Below are positions 1 through 8,772 of a DNA stretch of 43,760 nucleotides, piece after piece. Numbering within the stretch: position 1 is the stretch's first letter; the number at the start of each line of letters is the position of its first letter. The position numbers and the translations under genes are program-made. Source of the stretch: Pseudohongiellaceae bacterium (GTDB lineage Bacteria > Pseudomonadota > Gammaproteobacteria > Pseudomonadales > Pseudohongiellaceae). The stretch covers positions 21,360 through 65,119 of the forward strand of contig JBBDSI010000008.1 of NCBI GenBank assembly GCA_040905005.1. The letters run 5' to 3'. The notes beneath the pieces are model-generated. The model searched no databases. It was not told where the DNA came from and saw nothing but the letters and a program-made list of their open reading frames with translations.

Positions 1-54
1 GACAGCGAAGATCCCGACGACAGCGAAGATCCCGACGACAGCGAAGATCCCGAC
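1..54 (+). repeat. Three perfect tandem copies of an 18-nt unit (gacagcgaagatcccgac), in frame, encoding DSEDPD
   Basis: Direct reading shows that nt 1-18, 19-36 and 37-54 are identical. The array may continue upstream of the window. Confidence 0.95.
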
Positions 55-1311
55 GTTCCCCCGGCAGGACTGACGGTCGAATTAACGAACGCTACAGCTG
101 AGGAGATCGATGGTAGCGCCGGTGACGACACATTCTCGGGCACCTATGGCGACGGTGCGGGACCCTACACCTTCCATACCGGTGACATCCTCGACGGACT
201 CGGCGGCATAGACAGGTTGGTTATCACGACCGGGGCAGAGGCGAGTACGCCCCCTGATAACCTCTGGTTGAACAAGACCAACTTTGAGGAAATTTTCTTC
301 AATTCGACCGGTGCCGGGGCGCAGTCTATTACCACTGGCGCCGCATTCGAAGCTGCATTCGCGGCAAACGGTGTCGATATCACCGTGCAAACCCTGCTGG
401 GCGCGATCGATGTCACGATGACAACCTTTACCGGCGCGACAACGATCGAAACGACAACCACCGGCGCGGGTGCGCACACCATAACGACCGGTTCCGGGAC
501 ATCGACAGTGACCGCACTCTCGATTGAGGCGGGCGCCCAGACTATTAACGGCGTCGGCCTTACCACAGTCGATGCGACTATCAATGGCGCCGGCGATCAG
601 ACCATCGGCACTATCAACGGCGGCAATCTTGTCTCGGTAGAGGCAACCATACTGGCGGCGGGATCGCAGACTATCACCAGCACCAGCGACAGCGACGTCA
701 CCATCGTCGCAGACGCCGCTGCGGGTGCGCAAACGATCACTACAGCCGGTGGTGATGATCAGGTCACAACCTCTGGAGCGGCCACTGAGTCCGCCACTAT
801 CAGCACAGGCGCAGGTAACGATGTAATCAGCGCCGGCCTCGGCAACGACCTGATAACCGGTGGTACCGGTGCAGACACCATGACCGGTGGCGGCGGAGTC
901 GATGAATTCGAATTTGGTACCGACGGATCAATCGTCGGCACCGCATTGGATATAATCACTGACTTCAATAGTGCCGGCGCCGACGTGTTGAGTTTTGGCG
1001 TAGCAGTCGCATTGCCTGGCATCGATGCAACGGCTGCAGTTGCGGGGACAAACGTACAAACCGATGCCGGTGGTTTGATAACCTTCCATGCCGACGATAA
1101 TTCTCTGGCACTGAAAGTTGCCGCAATTCAGGAAGATGCTGAACTGGATGGATTGAGCAATACGGCTGCAATGTTTGTAGACAGCGGCAATACCTACGTC
1201 TATTTCACTGGCGCACAGACGGATAACAGCGTGGACGATCAGATGATCCAGCTCACAGGGATTAGCACCCTGACAGAAATCACTGGCGGCGCCACAGTGA
1301 CAATCGCCTGA
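1..1311 (+). CDS. 3' part of a large repetitive secreted surface protein with C-terminal RTX-type Ca-binding repeats; the 5' end lies outside the window
   Basis: Frame 1 is open from nt 1, with no stop before the listed Met at 217, through the TGA at 1309-1311. The translation gives DSEDPD x3, then many degenerate GAGAQ(T/S)IT-like beta-strand repeats. It continues with GNDVISAGLGNDLITGGTGADTMTGGGGVDEFEF (GGxGxD nonapeptides) and a Cys-free C-terminus, as in type I secretion substrates. Confidence 0.8.
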   Translation, partial: DSEDPDDSEDPDDSEDPDVPPAGLTVELTNATAEEIDGSAGDDTFSGTYGDGAGPYTFHTGDILDGLGGIDRLVITTGAEASTPPDNLWLNKTNFEEIFFNSTGAGAQSITTGAAFEAAFAANGVDITVQTLLGAIDVTMTTFTGATTIETTTTGAGAHTITTGSGTSTVTALSIEAGAQTINGVGLTTVDATINGAGDQTIGTINGGNLVSVEATILAAGSQTITSTSDSDVTIVADAAAGAQTITTAGGDDQVTTSGAATESATISTGAGNDVISAGLGNDLITGGTGADTMTGGGGVDEFEFGTDGSIVGTALDIITDFNSAGADVLSFGVAVALPGIDATAAVAGTNVQTDAGGLITFHADDNSLALKVAAIQEDAELDGLSNTAAMFVDSGNTYVYFTGAQTDNSVDDQMIQLTGISTLTEITGGATVTIA

Positions 1312-1380
1312 CAGCAGGCGTTGCAGGAAACCTGGTTTTCTGCAACGCAAATCTGCAACGATTGGCAATAACAGGAAAGC

Positions 1381-1415
1381 GGGGGCTCTGCACATCAATC
1401 GGTGTGCAGGGCCCC
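1381..1415. terminator. GC-rich hairpin between convergent genes, likely a bidirectional terminator
   Basis: ggggctctgcaca (1382-1394) pairs with tgtgcagggcccc (1403-1415) and is followed by ttcgctttt on the + strand. It lies between the stop at 1311 (+) and the stop at 1423 (-). Confidence 0.6.
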
Positions 1416-1422
1416 TTCGCTT

Positions 1423-2388
1423 TTACCATCTACCATCGGTACGGGTTATCGCCGCAAGAGTCTCAGACAGCTGAAAATCGAGCATCTCCGCCGGCGGGGA
1501 AGCCAGCACTGCTGAATCGGCAACCGTTAAATTATTCTGTTGCATCAGATCGCACAGTGTCTTTCGATATATTTTCCCGTCGAGCGCCGCATACGCTGAG
1601 AGATGTGTAGCGAGACTACAGCCGTCGAGGGGCTCGTTCAGCAAGCGCATTTCCATCCGTGCGCTTCTGAAATCCCGATAGTGGCGACTGGTGTTCAGAT
1701 TCAACATGTAGGACAGGGCAGAGCGCAACAGGGATGAAAAACTCTGTACGCCGTAATCCCCCAATGACGTATCACGCTGCATTGGCTCCATGCCGTCCCC
1801 CCAGGTCCATTCACCGTACAGGGCATTGCCCTGCGCCGCGAATCTTGACGTGCCCCAGCCGCTTTCCAGGATAGCCTGGGAAATAGCGAGCGCTGGCGGA
1901 ATGATGTCAACCCGCTTCAATACTTTCAGGGGAGCGGTGTCCGCGGGAAGCTCGTAGCTGGCTACAATCATCCTGTAGCGCTCGGAGCTGTGTAAGTCCG
2001 CGCCATGACCCGAAGCGAGGGCGTCCAGTATATAGGTCCGGTCTGCATTGATCTGTTCATTGGCTATCAGAATCAGCGGCGCCACCAGCCTGATGAAGAT
2101 GCTTTTCCTGCTTGCCACGTCCAGACCCGTCTCCCAGTTATCGGGCAGGTCATTGGTTACGATACGGGGCACGATGAGGGTGGGGCCGTCGCTGGTCACG
2201 GGCCACTCGAAGTGGAGACCGTGAAGGTAAGCCAGCACTTCTTCGGTCGAATGCACTTTGATGCTGCCTGGCACAAGCGCTTCGATCAGCGGATCTGCTT
2301 GGCCAGGCTTGGTCAGTCCCGCGGCAGGCAATGTCATCGCCAGCAACAAGCCAGCAAGTAGTCGGGTATATGTGTGTCTTTGTTTCAC
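1423..2388 (-). CDS. bax: Bax-like exported N-acetylglucosaminidase-domain protein (FlgJ-type glucosaminidase fold)
   Basis: The 321-aa ORF has a GTG start with GAGGAT about 8 nt upstream. The N-terminus is a signal peptide (LLAGLLLAMTLPAAG). The core VDIIPPALAISQAILESGWGTSRFAAQGNALYGEW...SFSSLLRSALSYMLNLNT matches the conserved E. coli Bax / glucosaminidase block (VDIIP...AAAESGWGTS...LFG). Confidence 0.8.
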   Translation of the reverse strand: MKQRHTYTRLLAGLLLAMTLPAAGLTKPGQADPLIEALVPGSIKVHSTEEVLAYLHGLHFEWPVTSDGPTLIVPRIVTNDLPDNWETGLDVASRKSIFIRLVAPLILIANEQINADRTYILDALASGHGADLHSSERYRMIVASYELPADTAPLKVLKRVDIIPPALAISQAILESGWGTSRFAAQGNALYGEWTWGDGMEPMQRDTSLGDYGVQSFSSLLRSALSYMLNLNTSRHYRDFRSARMEMRLLNEPLDGCSLATHLSAYAALDGKIYRKTLCDLMQQNNLTVADSAVLASPPAEMLDFQLSETLAAITRTDGRW

Positions 2389-2747
2389 ACCGCTGATCCT
2401 CAGCCTGGGTTAACGTACCCATTTATGGTTTGAGCAGCTGAAACCTGCTGTAGGAGCAAGGCTTTGCCGTAGAGTTGTTATCCTGACGTATCAGAAATTC
2501 TTGGGATATCGGGTAAACCCCTTAAGGAGAGTTTGGAAACGCTCCATCGCGCTGCAGCATTTGCCGAGTCGTGGAAGCTATAAAAAAAGCGGATAATAGT
2601 CGGCAGTCAGCAGGGTGTTGCTTGCCGCAACCGACAGGATGCGGGCAGGCTATTGGAATAGCGCTATTTACTGACGCTCAGCGGCGGCGGTTGCAAATCC
2701 AGACGTGGGTTTGCATAGCTGTGGGCAGGGCAGCCGCCGAGGGTGAC

Positions 2748-3233
2748 ATGACGCTAATCTGGTCGATCTACATTGCCGCGGGACTGCTGATCGCCATCGG
2801 GCTTGCCGGTGTCGTCGTGCCGATCCTACCCGGCATTCCCATGATGTTCGCTGGCATGTGGTTGGTGGCCTGGGTCCAGGATTTTGTTCATATCGGCCCG
2901 GTGACGCTTTGGGTTCTGGCCATCCTCACCGTTCTCTCGGTTGTGGTGGATCTGCTTGCCAGCGTGTTCGGAGCGCAGCGCGTGGGTGCCAGCCGCGGTG
3001 GGCTGCTCGGCGCGGCGATCGGGACCGTCGTCGGCCTCTTCTTCGGGCTGCCAGGCATCCTGTTGGGACCCTTGGTCGGCGCGGTGGCTGGCGAACTACT
3101 CTATCGACCAGGCCTGAAAAGCGCCACGCGGGTGGGGCTCGCCACCTGGGCCGGCATCATCGTCGGTGCCGTGTTCAAGGTCGCCATCGCCTTCATCATG
3201 CTCGGCCTGTTCGCCTTCGCGCTGTTGTTCTGA
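2748..3233 (+). CDS. DUF456-family small inner-membrane protein
   Basis: I place the start at the ATG at 2748 (MTLIWSIYIAAGLLIAIGLAGVVVPILPGIPMMFAG). The upstream 59 codons of the listed ORF look non-coding. The protein has four hydrophobic helices and the Gly-rich GAQRVGASRGGLLGAAIGTVVGLFFGLPGILLGPLVGAVAGEL segment typical of DUF456. Confidence 0.7.
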   Translation: MTLIWSIYIAAGLLIAIGLAGVVVPILPGIPMMFAGMWLVAWVQDFVHIGPVTLWVLAILTVLSVVVDLLASVFGAQRVGASRGGLLGAAIGTVVGLFFGLPGILLGPLVGAVAGELLYRPGLKSATRVGLATWAGIIVGAVFKVAIAFIMLGLFAFALLF

Positions 3234-3382
3234 ATCGGTGTTCTGAATCACTGTTTTGTATCATTGCTGCAGCCGGAACCGGATCAGTGTCGCGCTCAGC
3301 TGCGCCGCAGGCTCACCACCTTTTCGCCGCCGATCTCCACCGTCAGCGCGGACAGTTCGGTGATCGGCAGCCGGCAGCGGGC

Positions 3383-5698
3383 TCAAAGCGCCGGTTGCGC
3401 CTGTAACAGTTGCCACAGGCGGTCAGGGGTGACGGGCATGTCGAGGTGGCGCACGCCATACGGGGCCAGGGCATTGACTACGGCGTTGACGATGGCGGGC
3501 GGCGCGCCGATGGCGCCGGCCTCGCCGGCGCCCTTGATGCCCAGGGGATTGTTGCGGCAGGGAACCTCGTTGCGCTTGAAGCGGATCATCGGCAGGTTGT
3601 CGGCCCGGGGCATGGCGTAGTCCATGAAGCTGGCGGACAGTAACTGACCCGATTCAGCGTCATAGGCGCACTGCTCCCACAGGGCCTGCCCGGCACCCTG
3701 GGCGATACCGCCGTGTACCTGGCCTTCGAGGAGCAGGGGATTGATAACCCTGCCGAAGTCGTCCACGACGGCATAGTCGACGATCTCCACCTGGCCTGTG
3801 CCGATGTCGATCTCCAGCTCACAGACATGGGTGCCGTTGGGAAAGGTGGCGTTTTCCGGGGCGAATGTCTCGTCGGCGTCGAAGCTGGGGCTGCCGTCGT
3901 CCGGCGCCGCCGCGGCGGCCACGTCGCGCCAGGTCTTGACCCGATCGGTGCCGACGATACGGAAGTCACCCGCGGTGAACTCGATGTCCTGCTCGGCCGC
4001 CTCCAGCAGCTCCGCCGCACGCGCCCGCGCCAGCTCGATGAGGCGCTCCGCGGCGGCGCCAATGGCGGAGCCGCCCACGGGAACCGAGCGTGAGCCCATG
4101 GTGCCGCCGCCGGACTCGATCAGGTCGGAATCGCCCTGGACGATGCTCACCTGATCGAACGCGATGCCGAGGCGCTCGCTGAGGATCTGGCGAAACGCGG
4201 TCTCGTGACCCTGGCCGTTGGACTGGGTGCCGATATAAAGCGTCACCTGACCCTCTTTGTCCACCGTGAGGCGCGCCAGCTCCGGCGCCCCACCCGCGCA
4301 GCGCTCGATGTAGCTGGCGAGGCCAATGCCGCGCAGCTTGCCGCGCGTACGTGCCTCCCTGCGGCGCGCCTCGAAGCCTTTCCAGTCGGCGAGTTCCAGC
4401 GCGTCCTCCAGGTTGCGCGCGAAATCGCCGGAGTCATAGACGGCACCCAGCGCCGTGGTATAGGGCATGGCGTCGGGCGGAATGAAATTACGGCGGCGAA
4501 TCTCGTCCGGGGCGATGCCGAGATCGTGGGCGGCGGCGTCGAGGAGGCGCTCGATCGCATAGATCGCCTCCGGCCGACCGGCGCCGCGGTAGGCATCGAC
4601 GGGCGCGGTGTTGGTGAAAACACCCTCGACCTCGACATGGGCCGTGGGGATGGTGTAACAGCCGACCAGCATGGCGGCGCCGGCTTCGGTGGCCACGAAG
4701 GGGCCGGCCTGGGACAGGTAGGCGCCCATGTTGGCAGTAGTGTGAACCTTCAGGCCGAGAATCCTGGCGTCCTTGTCCAGCGCCAGTTGCAGCGTGGACA
4801 GCTGGTCGCGGCCGTGGGTGTCGGTGGTGAAGGCCTCGCTGCGGTCGCTGATCCACTTCACCGGCCGGCCCAGCTTGCGCGCGGCGAACAGGCTGACGAC
4901 GTATTCCGGGTAGAGGAAGATCTTCATGCCGAAGCCGCCGCCGACATCGTGGCAGAGGACGTGGATGTCTTCCGGCGCCACCTTGAAGATGGCGTCCGCC
5001 AGCAGGCGGCGGAGCATGTGCACGCCCTGACAGCTCACGTGCAGCACCAGGCGGCCGGTCTCCGCCTCGACAGCGGCCAGCGCGCCGCGCGTCTCCATGG
5101 AGGTCGGTATCACCCGGTTGTTCACCAGGTCCAGTTCCACCACGCGAGCGGCCTCGGCGAAGGCCGCCTCGGTGCCGTCCCGGTCGCCGGTGTGCCAGTG
5201 GAAGCTGCGATTGCCGGCCGCTTCCGGCCAGATCTGTGGCGCCGCCTGGTCTTGTGCCTGTTCAGGCCTGCAGCCGGCGTCTAACATGTCGTAGGCCACC
5301 CACACCAGCTCGGCCGCATCCTGGGCCTGCGCGCGGGTCTCCGCGATCACCACAGCTACCGGATCGCCGACGAAGCGCACCCGGTCGGCGGCCAGCGCCG
5401 GTCGCGGTGGCTTGTAGCAGGCCGAACCGTCGCTGTTCTGCACGCCGGCGCTACAGGGAATGTCGCCGATGCCGTCGGCGCGCAGGTCGGCCACCGTGTA
5501 CACCGCCAGCACGCCCGGCGCCTGGCGCGCCTCCTCGGCGTCGATACCGTTGAGGGTGGCATGGGCGTGGGGAGAGCGGACGAAGGCGGCCCAGGTCTGT
5601 CCGGGCAGGTTGATATCTTCGATGTAGCGGCCATGACCCGAGGTCAGTCTGGTGTCTTCAAAGCGGGTGACCGGTTGTCCGATGCCGAATTTCTGCAT
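3383..5698 (-). CDS. Molybdopterin-binding large subunit of the xanthine dehydrogenase / CO-dehydrogenase family (form-II CoxL-like)
   Basis: The ATG at 5698 gives MQKFGIGQPVTRFEDTRLTSGHGRYIEDI, a typical N-terminus for this family. The protein is about 771 aa. The active-site loop reads VDAYRGAGRPEA, which is the AYRGAGR form-II signature rather than the AYxCSFR of true CO dehydrogenases. Confidence 0.9.
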   Translation of the reverse strand: MQKFGIGQPVTRFEDTRLTSGHGRYIEDINLPGQTWAAFVRSPHAHATLNGIDAEEARQAPGVLAVYTVADLRADGIGDIPCSAGVQNSDGSACYKPPRPALAADRVRFVGDPVAVVIAETRAQAQDAAELVWVAYDMLDAGCRPEQAQDQAAPQIWPEAAGNRSFHWHTGDRDGTEAAFAEAARVVELDLVNNRVIPTSMETRGALAAVEAETGRLVLHVSCQGVHMLRRLLADAIFKVAPEDIHVLCHDVGGGFGMKIFLYPEYVVSLFAARKLGRPVKWISDRSEAFTTDTHGRDQLSTLQLALDKDARILGLKVHTTANMGAYLSQAGPFVATEAGAAMLVGCYTIPTAHVEVEGVFTNTAPVDAYRGAGRPEAIYAIERLLDAAAHDLGIAPDEIRRRNFIPPDAMPYTTALGAVYDSGDFARNLEDALELADWKGFEARRREARTRGKLRGIGLASYIERCAGGAPELARLTVDKEGQVTLYIGTQSNGQGHETAFRQILSERLGIAFDQVSIVQGDSDLIESGGGTMGSRSVPVGGSAIGAAAERLIELARARAAELLEAAEQDIEFTAGDFRIVGTDRVKTWRDVAAAAAPDDGSPSFDADETFAPENATFPNGTHVCELEIDIGTGQVEIVDYAVVDDFGRVINPLLLEGQVHGGIAQGAGQALWEQCAYDAESGQLLSASFMDYAMPRADNLPMIRFKRNEVPCRNNPLGIKGAGEAGAIGAPPAIVNAVVNALAPYGVRHLDMPVTPDRLWQLLQAQPAL

Positions 5699-5938
5699 GG
5701 CGGAAAATCCTTTTACGCGTGATCGTGTACTGCCCTGCAAACTGGTGATTCCTGCTCCTCGCGGCCATCAATACAGGGCCAACTTTGCCGCCAATATCGG
5801 CCATATCGGCGAGAAACGCAACGCCAGCGCGGCCCCTTCTGTGGCCTCCCCGGCATCGGGTCGTGGCGCGATCTGGCGTGAAGTCGGTGGCGGCGGATAG
5901 GCGGGGTAGCGTGTTGGAGTGGCACAGCGCGCGCCGGC

Positions 5939-5975
5939 AAAAAGAAAAACTGCCGGGTCATCGCTGGCCCGGCAG
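5939..5975 (-). terminator. Rho-independent terminator on the minus strand, downstream of mtfA
   Basis: ctgccggg (5950-5957) pairs with cccggcag (5968-5975). On the minus strand the hairpin is followed by TTTTTCTTTTT (the + strand A-run at 5939-5949). It lies about 230 nt beyond the mtfA stop, so an untranslated or sRNA-like tail is implied. Confidence 0.55.
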
Positions 5976-6208
5976 AGTGAAGATGCGGAATGCGCTTCCG
6001 CACTGCGATGCAGCCTGCCACAGGACTTCCGACACGGGGAGCGCGGAAGCCGCCGCAGCAAGGCTGCATCGACCGTCACAGGGTGCGTTGGGGCGGGGAT
6101 TCCTCTCAAGTGGACACACGGTTGACCGGTCAAGCTCAGCTGAAATTAACGCACGAAAAGACGGATAACCTCGGCACCGCGAGCTGGCCCGGGCCAGAAG
6201 CCTGAGTA

Positions 6209-7051
6209 TTAGGGGCGCCAGTTGGCGGGATCCAGGCGATAGAAATTGACCAGTTCCCGGTACAGTGCCTGGTGATGGGTCGCCATCTCGAGGGGGCGCT
6301 CGAAGAAGGTCTCGGTGGCCACGGCAAAAAATTCCGCCGGGTCGGTCGCGCCGTAGTTATCCAGCAGCCCCTCGTGCTCCAGCGCCGACTGCTCCTGCAG
6401 ACGTTGGTACTCGTGATGAAACACCTCAGCCCAGCTCTTGTAGGCACCCCGCGCCAGCAGCACCGGGGCACCATTGGTGCTGCCGGATTCGCTGTCGAGC
6501 TGATGCGCGAACTCGTGCAGCACCACGTTGCGCCCGTCCTCGAGGTTGCGCACGCCCGCGATGACGTTGTCCCAGGCCAGTACCACCTGGCCGTGGTCCC
6601 AGGATTCGCCCAACAGGTGGCTGCGGGTCGTCGATACCAGCCCCAGTTCGTCGCTGACGTCGCGCACGGCGATGAAGGTGGAGGGATAGACCAGGATGCT
6701 GCGCAGCTGTGGATAATGGGGTTCTGGCTGGTTCAGCACCAGCAGGCAGGCCTGGGCAGCGATGGTGACGCGCACCTCATCGTCGATGCCCAGGCCGGCG
6801 CAGCCGACGAAGCGCTTGTCGGCGATGAATACCTGGATGAGCTGCCGCAGGCGCTGCTGCAGATCCGCGGGCAGGGCATCGTAGAGTGTCAGGTGTCCGC
6901 GCAGGATGCGCAGCCAGGACTCGGGGAAGGGCCGGGCGATGAGGCGCCGGTAGCGAATGCCTGGCCAAAACGCGACGTAGAAGATGACCGCGACCAGCAG
7001 CAGCGCCAGGACGACGAGGGCGATGAATGATTGGCTATCCAAACCTGGCAA
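6209..7051 (-). CDS. mtfA: MtfA-like zinc metallopeptidase (M90 family) with an N-terminal hydrophobic helix
   Basis: The ORF is 280 aa with a TTG start at 7051 and no in-frame ATG nearby. It carries the HEFAH zinc motif (NVVLHEFAHQLD). The C-terminal block GATDPAEFFAVATETFFERP aligns with E. coli MtfA SDPAECFAVLSEYFFSAP. Residues about 8-30 (FIALVVLALLLVAVIFYVAFW) form a predicted TM helix. The gene starts 12 nt after the stop of the upstream esterase gene. Confidence 0.8.
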   Translation of the reverse strand: MPGLDSQSFIALVVLALLLVAVIFYVAFWPGIRYRRLIARPFPESWLRILRGHLTLYDALPADLQQRLRQLIQVFIADKRFVGCAGLGIDDEVRVTIAAQACLLVLNQPEPHYPQLRSILVYPSTFIAVRDVSDELGLVSTTRSHLLGESWDHGQVVLAWDNVIAGVRNLEDGRNVVLHEFAHQLDSESGSTNGAPVLLARGAYKSWAEVFHHEYQRLQEQSALEHEGLLDNYGATDPAEFFAVATETFFERPLEMATHHQALYRELVNFYRLDPANWRP

Positions 7052-7063
7052 CGCGCTTCGCGC

Positions 7064-7879
7064 CTAATAGTCCTTGCGGGTGATGTTAAAGAAGTCGACG
7101 ACCTTCTGCATGTTGTCCGGAGTCTGCGAAATGAGCAGGGAATGGTCACCCCCGCTGACTTCGATATACAGGTGCTGCATGCCCAGCTCCTGCATGCGCG
7201 CGACCCAGAGGTGGCTGACGTCGACCGGCACCGTCTGGTCATCATCGCCGTGCATCACCAGTATGGGCAGGTGCTGGAATACTATCAGGTCATCCGGCGA
7301 CTGGCTGTCGCGCGGCGCCGGCGCCACCACCGCCAGGGCGGCGAAGAGGTCCGGGTGGCGTTTGGCCAGATGGTAGGTGCCGGCGCCGCCCATGGAATGG
7401 CCCCACAGGTAGATGCGGTTGGCATCGACGTTGAATTCCGCGCGCACCAGCCCCAGCACCTCCATGACGTCCTGCTCGCTGTAGCGGCCGTCATCCGCAT
7501 CGGCCAGTGTCTCCGCGCCGTACCAGCCGCGGCGGATATAGCCCAGCGGCGTCACCACGATATGGCCGCCGGCCTCTGCGAAGTCGAGAAAGCCATGATA
7601 ACCCATCAGCCAGTCGTAGCTGCGGCCCAGCCCGTGCAGGGAAACGATCAGCGGCGCCGGGGACTGCGGGTCATAGCTCTCCGGCACGAACAGGGCATAG
7701 GGAATCTCCTCGCCGGTGGGCGCAAAGGTGTAGCTACGATGCTGAACGCGCGGATCGTCAATCATGCGTTCGTCGTCCGCGGGCTCGCGATCGGCGAGCG
7801 CGCCAGGGCTCAGCAGCAACGCGATCAGCGCGAGGGCAAGGGCGGAAGAAGAATGCTTGTGTATGGCAATCGGGATCAT
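7064..7879 (-). CDS. Secreted alpha/beta-hydrolase (esterase / peptidase S9-like fold)
   Basis: The 271-aa ORF has a signal peptide (ALALALIALLLSPGALA). It has a GHSMGG nucleophile elbow (GxSxG) and later D and H candidates (HGDDDQTVP, GGDHS), consistent with a Ser-Asp-His triad. Confidence 0.8.
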   Translation of the reverse strand: MIPIAIHKHSSSALALALIALLLSPGALADREPADDERMIDDPRVQHRSYTFAPTGEEIPYALFVPESYDPQSPAPLIVSLHGLGRSYDWLMGYHGFLDFAEAGGHIVVTPLGYIRRGWYGAETLADADDGRYSEQDVMEVLGLVRAEFNVDANRIYLWGHSMGGAGTYHLAKRHPDLFAALAVVAPAPRDSQSPDDLIVFQHLPILVMHGDDDQTVPVDVSHLWVARMQELGMQHLYIEVSGGDHSLLISQTPDNMQKVVDFFNITRKDY

Positions 7880-8152
7880 GAGCGGTTCCCCTGGTCATGT
7901 TCGGGTCATGGTAGAGGGTCCGATTAGACTACAAAACGGGAAGCAGTCAAAGCCCGTGTTCAGGGGGCACAAGAGTCCGGCCTGGAGATGGGGTGCAATA
8001 GATGGTAAGCGAGCAGGAGTATGCTTTGAGCAGAGTGTCGATGCGTTCCCCCTGCCAATGGCTATCAACGCCAAGCTCACTGGCGAAAGTCTTTCCGGTA
8101 GAGGTACCTCAGCTAATCAGATTGAATTTGTGCGCGTACGCGATTTCCGTAC

Positions 8153-8698
8153 CTATTGTCCACCGTTCAAATTCATGACTTGTTGCAACTCGCCTGCCAG
8201 CGGACGCACAACCTCTATATCGGCTTCCGGAGTCTCACGGATGGTCGCCATCATCGCGAGCATGCGTTCTATCTGAGGTCGCATCTGCGCTGGCACCTGA
8301 TTAAGCATTTCCGGTGTCATCTGTTCCATTTGCTCCATATCGCTGCTGCTGATCTGCGTGGCAATAAAGGCTGCAATAACGCGGTCACCCGTAGTAGCCC
8401 ACTCTTCCGCAGTAGCAAAGCCGAAATTGCCAATCAGATCTTCGATACCCTGGTAAATTTCCGCATGATTATCTCTCATCATATCGAGGGCTCGACTATA
8501 TGGCGCAAAGGGCTCTCCCGCCCTGGGCATCATTTCTTCCTCAAATGCCAATTGACTGACTTGGGAATTCTGATTCTCAGTGAAGCTGTGCACTTCAGGC
8601 AGACTGTTGACGAAGCCTCTTACCGCTTCAGGGGTCAGTGGCTGCGAGAGAGCCAGCGGTGCGATAAATACAATATAAAGGGTCAGGATATAGCGCAT
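8153..8698 (-). CDS. Hypothetical exported, Met-rich, helical protein
   Basis: The 181-aa ORF has a clear signal peptide (MRYILTLYIVFIAPLALSQP). GC is visibly lower than in the flanks. It contains clusters of Met (EEEMMP, LDMMRD, DMEQMEQMTPEMLNQVPAQMRPQIERMLAMMA). The opposite-strand ORF 8156..8704 translates to a low-complexity His/Arg-rich sequence and is rejected. Confidence 0.6.
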   Translation of the reverse strand: MRYILTLYIVFIAPLALSQPLTPEAVRGFVNSLPEVHSFTENQNSQVSQLAFEEEMMPRAGEPFAPYSRALDMMRDNHAEIYQGIEDLIGNFGFATAEEWATTGDRVIAAFIATQISSSDMEQMEQMTPEMLNQVPAQMRPQIERMLAMMATIRETPEADIEVVRPLAGELQQVMNLNGGQ

Positions 8699-8772
8699 GG
8701 ATGAGTTCCTGTATAGAGCTGAAACCAGTAAAAAGGGTACGCGAAACAGGGCGCGGAGTCGAATTCACAATC

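Noticed and set aside
2571-2747. N-terminal extensions offered by the ORF track. These are DUF456 from 2571, CoxL-like to 5740, DUF2272-like to 11136, amidohydrolase from 11175, HK to 17065, subunit 1 from 18656, chaperone from 20273, oprC to 25807, Prx to 29082 and the miniprotein from 29982.
   Set aside because: In each case an internal ATG gives a canonical family N-terminus or signal peptide, often with a Shine-Dalgarno sequence. The extension is low-complexity or overlaps a neighbouring gene or promoter.
5713-6168. Several 68-127-aa ORFs on both strands in the mtfA/CoxL intergenic region.
   Set aside because: They mutually overlap and are Arg/Pro/Ala-rich. They lack Shine-Dalgarno sequences and are better explained as GC artefacts. 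The region contains hairpins and a terminator instead.
8156-8704. A 182-aa + strand ORF mirroring the Met-rich protein gene.
   Set aside because: Its translation is rich in His, Arg and Leu and has no signal or domain features. The minus-strand ORF has a textbook signal peptide and sits in operon-like spacing with the upstream gene.
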